From: Lama glama
Lineage: Eukaryota
DNA length: 64,000 bases
Assembly (NCBI GenBank): GCA_028534125.1
Contig: CM052816.1
Location: 50,966,001-51,030,000, forward strand
Reading direction: 5' to 3'
The notes beneath the pieces are model-generated. The model was not told where the DNA came from. It did no database searches and was given only the letters and a program-made list of their open reading frames with translations. A program made the position numbers and the translations under genes. Below, in pieces: positions 11,901 through 24,758 of this stretch; within the stretch, counting starts at the first letter, position 1, and every line of letters begins with the position of its first letter.

Positions 11901-14900
11901 ACAATGGCCTTCAAACTATGATCTCCTAACAGAGATGGGCAATAAAATCAGGCCACAGCCGGAGCCAGGCCATTCAGAGAGACCACGATGCCGGATTTCC
12001 ATCAGCACACTAGACATGGAGTGATGGTGCTGACACAGTGCCGGATGTATTTTTCAATTTCTTGGGCTTCAGAATAAGCTTATTGGCTTTAACGCTCCAC
12101 TGCTGGAAGCTGCTACCCTGCCAGGCCTGGCACATGGTTCGTATTTCACACCTTGCATTCTCCAGCCTACAGACTCAACTCCTTAAAGCACTTGAAAGCT
12201 ATGGCAATAGAAATAGGAAGCTTTGAGATTCTGCTTCTTGAACGAGGGAGCTGGGTAGAATGACACACTGATTAGGAAGTACAGATTTCCAGGCTCCATT
12301 TATTGTATTACATACATTAAAACAGTGACCATCAGCCTAAAGAACTGATGATGAAAGTTCATAATTTCTAATTGGGAAACTCCTCCAATATCATATTTAG
12401 CATCAGTCTCTCCACGACCAGGAAAAGGAAAGTGCCTTCTTGGCATCAGGCAAAGTCCAGCCTCCAAGGACCAAACAAAATGGCAACTGGTTGCTCCAAA
12501 TCCCAGGTGACCCCGGCTTTGGATGGATGGAAGGTGCAGGTGCAGGTTGAAAAAAGCAGCCTGCTCACCTGGGACTGGCTCAGAAGAAATCAACTATGCA
12601 GCATCTCACTTCTCTCTCCAGTCTGAGTTACTTTCCTTTCAACAGAACACCTGCATTGCCCCAAGCCAGATGGCGAGTTCTCTGAGTCAGCATCCTGTAG
12701 TGTAGTGGTCTAAGCACCAGGGACTTTACCTTGGGAAGGAAATGCATTTCTTTCTTCATTGGGCTTTTATTATACATATTTTTTCTGTTGGATGACATCC
12801 TAGCTATTAAATCTAGCTGAAGAAATCTGGGTGGGTGACAGGATACTTTGAAAAAGATTTGAGGCAGGGGATAGTTTAGAGGAGGTAGTAATAATTAGAT
12901 TCTATTTTAAGACCCTCATGGGACCCAGGAACTCTCAACTTTGAAAGCCACACCCATCCAACCAATATAATAACAAATGCAGCCACACTTCACATTAAAA
13001 GTAATTTGTATATAACTACAAGGTCTCATGGACTTTTAATTCAAGATCTATTAATTTTTACTTTGAAGGTGTTTGTTTGTATTTTGTACACAATAAGATT
13101 TTTTCAGGACTTAAACTTCCGTGTAAGCCTGTGAAAATCCCCTGGTCTTCGACATTGTGCCCACAGTGCCTGATGGGTGCAGAGCCCTGGCTGGGAGGAG
13201 GCAGCATGTGGTAGTCCATGGAGGCAGAGGTGGGCAAGGGGCTGGAGGGGCAGAGGGCAGCTGCAATAGAGACTTGGATGGTGGGAGCCACAAAATCTGA
13301 CAGTAGCCAACCTATGACACCCATGGGTAAAAATCTCTGAAGTGGGTCTGAGATTCATTGGAGCCCTTAGTATATGGCAGCTAAGCAGATGCTAGAGAAT
13401 GAAGTCTTCAGTGGAAGGAAAATAAGCTCTTAAAGAATTCTCCTCTTCTCTGTTGTGCATTCCCTTCCTTTTGAAATCTCTTCTTTATCCTTCTTTCTAT
13501 GTAGATGGAGCTAGAAGAAGGGCTGGGCCTCCTCCCACAGAGGAAAGCCCCTCACACCTCAGAAGACCTAGGAAGCTCACAAGGAGAGCCCAAATTGAGA
13601 GGGAGATGTAACCTCACAGTCTATTACCAATGCATGACTAGGAAAAGGGATTGCACTTCTTTTTTATTCCCAAATCACTATGACATAAAGGTCCCATGAT
13701 CCCAGTTCCTGGAATCTCAGCCTAGACATAATTAACAGTTTCCAAAAAGCTCACTAATTTTTGCCTTAGCAAAAGTCCCCAGATTTCTGCACTGGAGGCT
13801 CCTCGTAGCCCTGCCATGTGCTGCCTTTTCTAACCACACCCTCATTAGAGGCTCCTCTGCTGGACTCAGCTGTCCTTCACCAGTGCCCGCTGCCACAAGT
13901 GCCATTCTGGCCGAGGCTAGGGGACAGCGCTCTCCCTTTTGTTAGTCCTTCTGAAACATGGACCCGGATTCTTCAGTCCTTAGAGATCAGTTTGTAACTT
14001 TTAAGGTTTTTACTGATGGTTAGAAGATAACAGAAGTATAACAGAGAATAACATGCAATTCTTATTAAAATTAGCTACTCCAATAATCAGTAGGCCCAAA
14101 ATTGACCTCAGAGGCTCTTACTGAGTCAGCTTCCTGTTTGGCTCCTGCCCTGTCTCCGCACACACCAATGTCCATGCCTCAGGGTTAGGGTCCAGCAATT
14201 CATTGGCCTTGGAAAGAAAACAGCATCCTTTTTTCCCCAGTTTAAGGCTAATTTTTATTCCAGAAATATCCTTTTCCTAGGATGTTTCTCTTTGGGAGTA
14301 GCCATTCCCTTGGGATTGTATATCTATCCAAGTGTTTGTTCTGGCACCAAAAACCATGCCAGAAACTCCAAAAGAATCTCCAAGTTGCAGAACAATTTTT
14401 CAGAGTGGCTTAATAGAAATGAGATCAGATCATACGTGGGATACTAGCAATTCAAACCAACATGTCTTATAACCACTTAGTCAAGCTCTTGATCTTACCT
14501 CCAGCAGGAAGAAGATCAAGCATATACCTCACCTTTGCCATAATCAGGTTTCTACTTTCGATTTCCTATAAGCAAACGGTTGTATAACATATACACGTGA
14601 TGAAGCACAAAGTCACACACACCCACACACATATACATACCTCCCCACTATCCAAATACAAATTATAATTTTAAGTATAAGGCAGTCTAATCCCCAAAAC
14701 AGGAGGAAAACATATCTAATTTTACAGAGTCAAAATTCTGCCAATTACTGGCAAAAAATATTTAATGGCTGAAGTATCTGCTTTTGGGCTATGTGAAAAC
14801 ATTCAGGTTTTCCCCCCAAAATCAGAAGAAAAAAAAAGTATTTGCATTACATTTCCCTGAGTAAAAAGGCTAACTCAAGTTTCTTGCCCTAAGCAAAAGA

Positions 14901-16592
14901 AAAGGCAGCTTTGATAATAAATTGCAGTCTCTATTCTAAAAGGTATATGTGTTTCTAGATTTTTAGAAGACATTTTTCAGTCTTGCAAGGGAAAAAATCT
15001 TGATGTCAATTTTCCATTGGAAAGTTCATTATTATAAAATAGGCCACTTAATCCAGCCCTATTCGAGGCCTTAAGGGGAAATTCTTGATTTGAACTCACT
15101 CTCTAGAAATACCTCCTTTTAGTGACAATAGTGGTGCCCAGAAAATTAAGGAGTGAACCTAGAAGAGATGGACCAAGGAGAGACCTTAGTCTAGAGGCAA
15201 AAGGAATCCTCTTGATCTGCACGTGGTCCTGACTAGGATACCAGTATAGCAGGTCATAGAGTTACCTTGAGATGAATCTTTAACTCACTATATAGAAAAT
15301 GTATCTAGAAAGTATTTGGTGTGTGTACCTCCTAGGAACATAAAGCAATGACTGATAACAGGTTAGTGATTTGAGACACTGGCCAAACATCTTCCTTCTG
15401 AGACTCAGCTAACAGATAGGAAGCATTAAATTAGGCACAGAGATGTAGACACTCAACAACCAGCTCTTTACTGAGGTGGTGATTGCATTCAACTTTAAAT
15501 CACTTTTGCATACACCATAAGAACTCAGAAGCCTCACAACCACTTTGAATCCAATAGCATATATAACACTCCTACCACCACCACTTTAGCTACATGGTAC
15601 TCGGACAGCCACGGGAAGCTGTGTTTGTTTCTGTTCATCAATTGGCCCAGACAAAGCCATTTACACCAGTCCAGCATTTCTACCAATTAATAAAGTCTAT
15701 TTCTATTATCTGGTATATCTGGCTAGTGTTCAGCAAGTAAAACCAAAGAACGTCAGAAGATTTCTCCTGTTGAGCCTACCTTTGAGTAAATGATTCTTCA
15801 GGTGTCTATGGTAACACACTGAAGGGCATACTACTCATAAGTTGTAAATAAGGTCTTTTGTTACAAGACTCTTTCCTCTGCAAGAATAGTAGGTAGCTGA
15901 TAGCTAATGGAGACACTCTTTAAGCAGTCTCCCTAAGTTCTCACTTTGCCATTGGACTACAAGGTTAAAACTGTGAGTGGAAGACCATCATGCAAAAACC
16001 CCACTGAGGCAGCAAAGGACTTAGGCAAATCTTCCTTTCAACTCTTTAATGTGGAGGCTTTCAGTTCAGCTGTTACTTTTCTTGACATGATTTCGAATTT
16101 TGCTCTGATGGCTCATCTTTGGTGAAAGGTGCTCTCTCTCATTTGCACTCTCTCTCTCTCTTTGCCTACCCAACCTGTTACTGCCTCCCTCTTCCTCCCT
16201 GCCTCCTGTAGAGAACTTTTGCAAGGGCTTCCACCTAGCTTCTTAGACTTCCTACTACAGAACTAGGAAACTTGGGGACTTGAGGTTTTGAAGCTCTGTC
16301 CCTCAATGACATTGGAGAGATCACAGATCTATCTGAGCACTTTGGCTCAAGTGCTCATCACAGGCTGGTGTCTATGTCTTGCCATCTCACACTCACTAGC
16401 CCTGCAGTAATTGGTCCGAGGGGAAGCAGTGGTTGAGAAATACTGGTGGCAATGCCACAGTAAGGATTGTGCATATGTCTGCCAGACTGCAGAAAAATAA
16501 CAAGGCTATGTGAATAGCCTTCTATTTTATTTGCTTCAATACATAATGATAATGCCCTTGAAAAAAGTGCAGGAAGTAGGCAGTGTGCATGG

Positions 16593-17720
16593 TGTGGTGG
16601 TTTTGTAATGTGTGGTGGGTAGACAGAACTACACTTCCCAGAATTCCCTTCCCTGTATGCAGAGCAAGCTTGATGGACTTGCAAGCAGTGCAACTGCACA
16701 GAGATCTGTTCTCAAAAGGGAGCCGATATTGGAGTTTAATGCTCTGTGTTGAAATTCTTATTAATTTTATCTTTGAATTTGTGTTGTGTAAGTGAAAACC
16801 CAGTGGACTGCTGAAGCCTGTCCTGGAGGCTTCGCTGACACATCATTCTGCCTCTTACCACCTCCCCACCTCCCTGAGGCTCTCCTTCCCCACTATATTG
16901 GCTTTTGCCATGCTCACCCCTGGTGGGGTCCTGGACATGTGGCAGGGAGGGTTGGAGATGTGCTCCCTCAAGTCATGGGATAGGATACAAGGCACCTGTG
17001 AGATCTGCATTTACCTCACAACTATCTCAAGAGTTAGAGGACTGTAACATTAAATAGCAAATAATAAACACCATGAAATATCCAGAAAGAGACTGCAGAA
17101 GAAAGGCAAAAGCAGTTCTCCTGCTTTCTGAACAAGGGGCTCCCCATTTTCATTTTGCACTGGCCCCACAAATGATATTGCCAGCCTTGCATATACATCA
17201 CACATCAGTATGTACCATAGACACATATTTGTTCAAGATGCAGAGCGTGGAAGTGAAGCAGCAGCCACATGCTTCACCTTAGAAAGGTAGAGGCAGATGT
17301 TTCTTTAGCTTAGGCACGTTATCATTGATCTGCTAACTCAACACAATGGCATAGGGTTTTCCCACCTTCCCCAAGACTTTCGTTCAGCTTTTCCAGTTTC
17401 TGGGCCAGCTGTGTATTTAACTCCATGACAAGGGACACCAGCTTTTCCCACATGACATAAAGATAATAGCTGGAGATGACAAGAATTGACATGAGTTCCA
17501 GTATGTGTTTATGGCTTCCAGTTTGTCCTTGCTCTCATCCACTTTATAGCCATCTTCTAAACTGCCTACCCTATAGTTTCTGGGCTACAGCATCTGACAT
17601 CAAAACTACTGCTTAATCAGGTCCCACAGTTGTGTAAAGTTCGATGACTGTAACAACAAATCTCACATAGTATATCTCCTAGCAGTTCTGCCTCTCTAAA
17701 TGAATTGTGGCTAATAAGTA
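16593..17720 (+). mobile_element. LTR33-like ERVL solo LTR, interrupted by a hAT element
   Basis: Start 'tgtggtggttttgtaatgtg...gaactacacttcccagaattcccttccctgtatg'; end 'tcctagcagttctgcctctctaaatgaattgtggctaataa'. Confidence 0.65.
16660..17189 (+). mobile_element. MER91-related hAT-Tip100 non-autonomous DNA transposon
   Basis: 'gtgcaactgcacagag...gtttaatgctctgtgttgaaattcttattaattt' and 'tgaacaaggggctccccattttcattttgcactggccccacaaatgatattgccagccttg' match the recalled MER91 ends. Confidence 0.75.
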
Positions 17721-17834
17721 TGGCCAATTTTTTTAAACCTTAGAAGAGGTTGAGGAAATAGGATTATATATATAAAATTAAAAATAGAAAACAATGTGAC
17801 ATGGTGAAATAGTATCTTAACGTTTACATAATCC

Positions 17835-18010
17835 TTTTTTGCAATCAACATACATTGTCTTATTTGGTCATCACCACAAGCCCCATGAGGTAGAATAGGA
17901 CAGTTATTATAATTTCCATTTTACAGATGGAAGTGAGATGTCAGGGGTTAAGTGTCATGGCCAATGTCACATAGAAAGGAGCAGAGTTGGAATTGGTCCT
18001 CTAATACTTT
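17835..18010 (-). mobile_element. MIR SINE
   Basis: 'caccacaagccccatgaggtag...ccattttacagatggaagtgagatgtcaggggttaagtg'. Confidence 0.8.
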
Positions 18011-19097
18011 CCCCAGGTCATTCCCATTGACCTAGAGGGTCTTTCCCAAATATGAAATATTAAGATCAATTATTAAGCTCAAATCTTCAGTGCAATGAAA
18101 ACCATTTCAATAGGAGACAAGGTCTCTGGTTCTCAGATATGTTTGCTGCTCAAACATCAAATAAGCAGACTATGTATCATTCAGCTCACACCTTTACATC
18201 CATCTCCACTGCCCACGCTGTCACCTTAGAGCACAAAGCCCTAGAAACTCTCACTCAGCACTGAATGGTCCAGCTTCCAATCTCAGAAAATAAAGACACC
18301 CGGAACAACTGCTAGTGTTACTGAAACTCAGGTTTCACACTGGTACTTTTTAACACTCACAGACAAAAATGTTGTAGGCAACAGAGACATAAGAAGCTCT
18401 CATTATAATTTATGCATATGATGTATCAGAGCAAGGTTTGGCAGTTGTTTCATAATTGTGAAAAAAAATCAGCTTCATTTCAAACAAATAATCAAAATTC
18501 CACAACAGACTACAAAAGTAAGTGACACTTGGCTTTTCTATTTTTACTAACCACAGAAATGAGAAATAAGCCATTCTATTAAAGCCTTTGAGCTATAACC
18601 ATATAAAGAAATGAACACACTAGCACTGTGCAAAATCCAGAGAAAATGTAAATTTGCACCATTTGTCAACAATTGCAAAATTAGCCCAAATAAGGTGTTA
18701 GATAATTACAGTTCTCCCTCATAGCAGAAAGCAACAGTTGAAATTACAGAGGAAAGATCAAAATTACCTCTGGTGACCTTCTGTTCTTCTAGAAGGGCCT
18801 TATTAACCCATAAATCATGACCCATAAATCTCCATCATGATAACCGCCAGCATGCACTTCTTATGGAAAAGCACCCCCACTGTACCCCACCACCCAGGCT
18901 ATACCCATCCATATCTAGTGGTCCCAAGAACCATGGGCACGGAAGTCAACTGGGCCAGAGCTTTGGGAGGTGCTGAAAATCCCTGGTCTGCTCCTCTGAA
19001 TTATTATTAGTTCACAACAGCCTGCTTAGAGGATGAGAATGGCTTCATTCCTTGGATGTCAAGCAGGGGAATCACAAGCAAGCTCCAGGGGTCTTTA

Positions 19098-19460
19098 TTA
19101 ATTCATTAGAACAAGCATTTATCAAGAGTTTACTTCATGCCAGATGTTGTTCTTGGCTCAAGGTCATAGTGGTGAAAGGCACTTTCACAAGAGGGATGTG
19201 TCTTCCCTCATGGGGTTTACAGTCTTGCATAGGATCTAGATGTTAATCACCAGCCGTGCAGACGAATGTGCCAGTGCTAGCTGAGGCAGATGCTGGGAAG
19301 GACAGGTTAACGCTGCCAAGAACGTGTCTTAGAGAAGCCTAACCTCATTCAGGGTTTCATGCAAGGCTTCCCTAAGGAAGTGACATTTGTGTTAATTCTG
19401 GAGGAAAGTAGGCGAAGGGGTGAGGATGCTCTGAGTATTTCTAGAGGAGGAAACACAATC
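19098..19460 (-). mobile_element. L2 3' end
   Basis: 'ttaattcattagaacaagcatttatcaagagtttact...tgccagatgttgttcttgg...cctcatggggtttacagtct...aaggcttccctaaggaagtgacatttg'. Confidence 0.8.
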
Positions 19461-20519
19461 TGAATGTGGAGTCCCAGTGGAAACCCTGACCCAGGCCAAG
19501 CAGGAATAAAGAACAATAAAGGATCTGGTCTGAGGATATTAGGCCTGGGCAGAGCAGGAGGGGAGCCTGAGGGAACAATGGGGAGGCAGGCAACAAAATA
19601 TGAAGCTTGAGAAGGTAATTTTCATCTACAGCAGTGCTGTGCCTCAGGCTGACCTACACCTAGAAGGAGATAATAGAGGGGAGGGGGATGTGGGGGTGAG
19701 GAACGAGAGGGGACAGAAATGGGGTTGGGTGGAGGCAACAACAGGCCCCAAGAGTCCTGAGCATACTGCGAGCAGCTCAGGTTTATCATTCAGCCCCTCT
19801 AAACACTCCCCTCCCAGGGCTGTCTTTCCCCTTCCCCTCTCCAGCATCCTCCTGCTGCTCGGGCCACCCTTCCTGCCTCGTTCCCTGCATTCAAATACCA
19901 GTTCACCTCCAGCTTCAGCTTTGCATCAGGAGCAAAACTGTGATACCTGATTCAAGCAATGAACTCTAAGGTGTCAACAGCTAACAGGTATGCTTCTTTT
20001 AATGCTTACCAACCCCAATGAATTTCCTGAAGGAGGACTAAATTCTGAGCAGAGGAAGTGTTCATGTTTGTCTGAGGAACTGGGAACGCCAAATTTTTAC
20101 TGACCTTTGGGAAGATGACCACCTTCAATTCCACGTTAATAAACTGGAGACTTCAGGAATGAAGGGCAGGAGGGAGAGAGAGAGGGTCCAAAAGTCAATC
20201 TCCAGAAGTGGTCCTGGCCTCTTCCTGCAGTGATGGAGTCCAGACAGAGAGCAACAGAAAGGCCTGTGGGTCTTTATGAAGGGTCAGAAGCTCTCTCCCA
20301 AAGACAAATAACTCAGAAGTGCTAAAAAGAAACAGGAAAGATACCATCACTTCTCAGAGTACGTACTTACATCTTCAAAGTTTTCTCTTCCATCCTGGTA
20401 TTAAATCAATACGAGCATATAAAGAGAAAAAAAATTTTGTATCTATGTGTGTGTTTGTGCAGATTTATTCCTGAGCTGCTAAATTTTTTAGAAATCAGAG
20501 TCTAAAGCATTTTTTCTAA

Positions 20520-20650
20520 CAAATATCATGTGCCAGTGTTATTCTAAGTAAAAATCTTATTTGATCCTCAAAAATTCCATGAGTTTAAGTACTATTATCG
20601 TCTCTACTGTTTTAGAGGGAAATTGTGGTACAGAAATGTTCACATTAAAA
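20520..20650 (-). mobile_element. MIR fragment
   Basis: 'atcatgtgccagtgttattctaag...ttatttgatcctcaaaaattccatgag...tactattatc'. Confidence 0.6.
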
Positions 20651-21012
20651 ATGTTCACTACCTCTAAGAATTAAAAAGTTTTATAATTAAACATCTAAAG
20701 AAAGATTTTTTTCCTTTGCTCTAAAAGCCCAAAAATATATTTATCTGCTACATTTGACATGACTGCCTATTTTGTAGCAAACCATGTAGAATTCAGGATA
20801 TATACAATAATTGAAACTTATGTAATATTTCAAAACCATCGAATAAGCCACAATTACTTGGTTTAAAAAATACTAAGTAGGATAAAAAAGGAAATGATCG
20901 ACGTAAATGTTCTGATCCCTTTAGTAATACATGGCTGCCATTTTGCTCAATGTCTGCCCTGACCTAGTAGGACTTAATATTCAAAGTGGTGGCGTGATAG
21001 TCCATTAGAGGC

Positions 21013-21399
21013 TGTATTTGTTTGCTAGGGCTTCCATAACGAGGTACCACAGACTGGATGCCTTAAACAATAGAAATTTATTTTCTCAGTCTTGAAGCTA
21101 GAAATTCAAGATTAGGGTGTTGGCAGGGTTGGTCTCTTCTGACGCCTCTGTCTTTAGCTTGTACATGGCCATCTTCTCCCTATGTCTTCACGTGGTCTTC
21201 CCTCTGTACATGTCTGTGTTCAAATTTCCTCTTCTAATAAGGACATGAGTCATATTGCATTAGAGCCCACCTAGTGGCCTTATTTTAACTTAATTAACTC
21301 TCTAAAGACCCTATTTCCAAATACAGTCACATTTTGAGATACTGGGGGACTAGGATTTCAACATATGAATTTTGAAGGGACACAATTCAGCCCATAACA
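21013..21399 (-). mobile_element. MLT1B-like MaLR solo LTR, full length
   Basis: Runs from 'tgtatttgtttgctagggcttccataacgaggtaccacagactgg...ttaaacaatagaaatttattttctca' to 'catatgaattttgaagggacacaattcagcccataaca'; TG...CA termini. Confidence 0.9.
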
Positions 21400-22429
21400 G
21401 AAACAATGACCCATGAATTAAGAGGAAGCTTGATTCTTCAAATGGATAGGAACACACCAAAAGAGCTAGGAGAGCAACCTGGCTAGAAACCCACACTTGG
21501 AAGAGTCCTGTCCTGAAGGGATTAAGCCCAAAGGGTGAGGGAAGAAACTCAGAATAGTCACCCAACTTTACTACTGTCCAAATGGGAAAATGCTTCATAG
21601 CTACAGCTAGTGTGTACTTGAGAGGATAAAATTTGGCTGAAATTCATACTGTCTTCCTCTAATGTGGCCTTAGATCATTATTTGATCTTCTTGGATTAGG
21701 TGAGAGTTAGAACAAGGAGATAAATGCAGTGGATGTGATGCTGGAAATTAATGAGCTCAGTTTCCATCTCTCAGCCTTTGAAAGGTTGTTGCTTAGGCAA
21801 GAACCAATTCTAGTGATATCTCCCAAACTGTTAATATATTTTTCTTCAGAAAGAAATACAGCATGGTTTGTCTAACAAAAGTAAAAGAGGAGTTAATGCT
21901 GAAATTCAGAAATCTGTGGATTGTTTTATTTGCTTTTTGAATAAACTTGTTATTTTAACTTTCAGTGCTGAGTTTTCCTCTCTTTAAAAATATTTGTCAA
22001 CTTACTCTTTATGAAATGTGTTTACTTTTATAATTAAAAAGAAAACTTTTAAACAATTTCCCCATTTTCTAAATGTTCCTTTTGGGGAAAAAAACAGTTC
22101 TTAAATTTGTTGTTTTAATTTGCCCAGTCATTTTTACTTCCTCTAATTAAGTAAGCATGCTCTTAAACAGGGTAAAATAAATTTTTGCAGAGTGAATCAC
22201 TTGCTCCCACTATAACTTCAGAGGAGTGTCTATAAGGGGAAAAACTGGGAGGCCACAAGCAATTGAATTTCTTCCTGCAATATCTCTCCTCTTGACAGTT
22301 GCAAAGAAACTTGTTTGAAAGAGGAAAACATTCCAGCAAATACTGTAATCAGCATGAGGCAGGCACCAAACTCTCAATGTCATCTTACTGAGGAAATTTT
22401 TACTTTTAAAAAAAATGACCGTAGTTTTC

Positions 22430-23330
22430 CATACAATGGGGGAAAAAAGTTTGCTATACATGCAGGTATTTGAGAAAGATCTATATTCCAATACATGAAG
22501 AACTCCTAAAATCAAATCAGTAATAAAGCAATAAACAACCTAATAAAAAATAAACAAAGCCTTGAAAATATATATAAAAGAAAATATACAAATGACCAAT
22601 AAGCACATAATAATATACTGAACATCATTAATCATCAAATAAGTACAAATTAAAATCAAAATGATTTACCACTTCACACCTATCAGGATAGCTAAAATTA
22701 AATTAAATTAAATTAAAAAGGCTACACCTGACTGGTCAGGATTAGGAACAGCTAGAACTCTCAGACGTTAATGAAATATGTCAGACCACTTTGAAACTGT
22801 ACGGCAATTTCTTATTAAACTAAATATATACCTACCTTATGACCCAGCAGTTCTAGTTATTTACCCAGAAAAGATGAAAAACTTTATTCATAAAAGACTG
22901 TACAATGTTTATAGCAGCTTTATTCACTAGCTTTAAACTGGAAGCAACCCGAACGTCCAACAGGAGAACGGAAAAATAAATTGCGGTACATTCAGACAGT
23001 ACAATACGATACAGAATAACAAAGAATGAACTACTGATATCACGGACAATTTGGATGTATCTCTGAAACAGAGCACTATTCAAGAGAAGCCAGATGCAGA
23101 AGAGTGCATCCTGTTTGATTCCATTTATGTGAAGCTCAAGAACCAGCAATACCAAACTATGACAGAAATCATAAAAAGTGTTGCCTACAGGGTAAAGTCT
23201 GACTGGAAGAGGGCAAGAAACTTTCTAGGGTGGCAGATGTGCAGATGTATAATTCTTTTCAAAATTTTTTGAATTGGATGCTTAAGATCTGCAACTTTCA
23301 TTGCATATATTTTTGACTTCCATAAAAATG
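22430..23330 (+). mobile_element. Old L1 (L1ME-like) ORF2 3' end and 3' UTR
   Basis: 'aaatgaccaataagcacat...aaattaaaatcaaaatgatttaccacttcacacctatcaggatagctaaaatt...ctaccttatgacccagcagttc...tttatagcagctttattcactag...ctggaagcaaccc'. Confidence 0.9.
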
Positions 23331-23639
23331 TTACAAAGAGTTGTTAAACAAAACTGACTTAAGTTTTCCAACATCTCATGTATTACCCCATTGCTCAATT
23401 TTCATTTATGACTTGGCTGACTAGACCACTGGTTGCTCATGTGCCCCCTGCAGGTCATGACACAACCTTTCCAGGGAGGTCAAGCAGGAACAACACTGGT
23501 GAGCTGCCCAAGGGTCTGGGCCTTTCCTGTTTGCAAGGCCTTACAAAACACGGAATGTCACAGAGATAAAAATCGACAAGACCCTCTTTAAGAACCATTA
23601 GTTCCAAGTGCTCTCAGCCAAAGGTAATACGAGAGAACA

Positions 23640-23916
23640 GGGGCTGTAGAGCCGCTCAGGCCAGAGTTAAGTCCCAGCTCAGGCATTCACCAACTTTAAG
23701 CAGATTACCTATCATTTCTGAACCTCTCTGTTTCTTCCTTTGTAGAACAGATGACTTTGCAGGATCGGAGACCATGTTAATAATGGTTCCAGATTAAACC
23801 TTGCACACAGCAGGCCCTCAATGGAGGATAGCTACCACTGGCCAATCAGCTCCCTGAAAGGAGAGGAGTTTGGCACATAGTAGGGGTTTAATAAATATTT
23901 AATAAATGAATGAATA
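23640..23916 (+). mobile_element. MIR followed by an L2 3' tail
   Basis: 'gagttaagtcccagctc...tttctgaacctctctgtttcttcctttgtagaa', then 'tggcacatagtaggggtttaataaatatttaataaatgaatgaat'. Confidence 0.65.
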
Positions 23917-24039
23917 GCCTGAGAAATTTCTATTTTCTTTAATTCCTATAAGAAAATACCAAGGGATTTAACCAAAAAGAAGCAGGATGGGTGATCAGAA
24001 AGAGAGTATTTCTGCCAATATATTGTCCTATCTTGGTAT

Positions 24040-24345
24040 ACAGCCAGTCCTTTATATGGAACCCTTGAGATCAGATGGGACCAGAATTTCAGAATTCAGA
24101 ATTTTTCTGATTTTGGAAATGTAATATGGTGTATACACCATATATACATAACCCATCTAGTAGATTGGACAGTACCCCACATCAAACACATTAATATTTT
24201 CCACAGCAAAACTTGTAAACATTCACATTAAAAAGAATACAGACAAGAATAGTCTCATATTGGTTCATGTTCAGTTTTGCCACCAAATAAAGTATTTTTA
24301 AAATAACTATTGTTTGAGTGCAGAGCTATTGAGATTGCAGAATCG
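24040..24345 (+). mobile_element. MER46C-like Tigger (TcMar) DNA transposon
   Basis: 'aacccttgagatcagatg...tttcagaattcagaatttttctgattttggaaatgtaatatggtg...atcaaacacattaatatttt...cagttttgccaccaaat'. Confidence 0.8.
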
Positions 24346-24357
24346 TTGGCAATCTGA

Positions 24358-24580
24358 TAATGACTAACATTTAGGTAGCACCGCATTCTGGCCTAAGCAC
24401 TTTGTATATATTAAGCCCATTAACTCTTCACAACAAGTCTATGAGGTAGATACTATTATTACTATCATTCCCATTTTATAGACAAGGAAACTGAGGTACA
24501 GACAGGATAAGTAACCTGTCCAAGATCAAACACTTTACTCTGGAGTCTGTATTCTTAATCATACTTCCACACTGCCTCAG
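24358..24580 (-). mobile_element. MIR SINE
   Basis: 'taagcactttgtatatattaagcccattaactcttcacaacaagtctatgaggtagatactattatt...cccattttatagacaaggaaactgaggtacag'. Confidence 0.9.
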
Positions 24581-24758
24581 TGTTCCAGAGCCCTTGTCAT
24601 ATGTGCAATGATGGGCTCTGAGCAAGCATCTAATCTCACTCTCCACCCTCATGCCTCCACACTCAAAATTATTAAAGAAAATTGGTACCGGGTTTTCTAT
24701 CCTTTTAATGTTTCCTCCACTTGGAAAACTCTAAAGTTTGTTGGAAAGAATTACTTTA

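Noticed and set aside
12695..12728. 'cctgtagtgtagtggtctaagcaccagggact', resembling a tRNA 5' half/A-box
   Set aside because: No B-box, T-arm or acceptor stem follows; at most a decayed MIR head.
19678..19729. G-run cluster (possible G-quadruplex)
   Set aside because: Long irregular loops and no promoter context; common in mammalian DNA.
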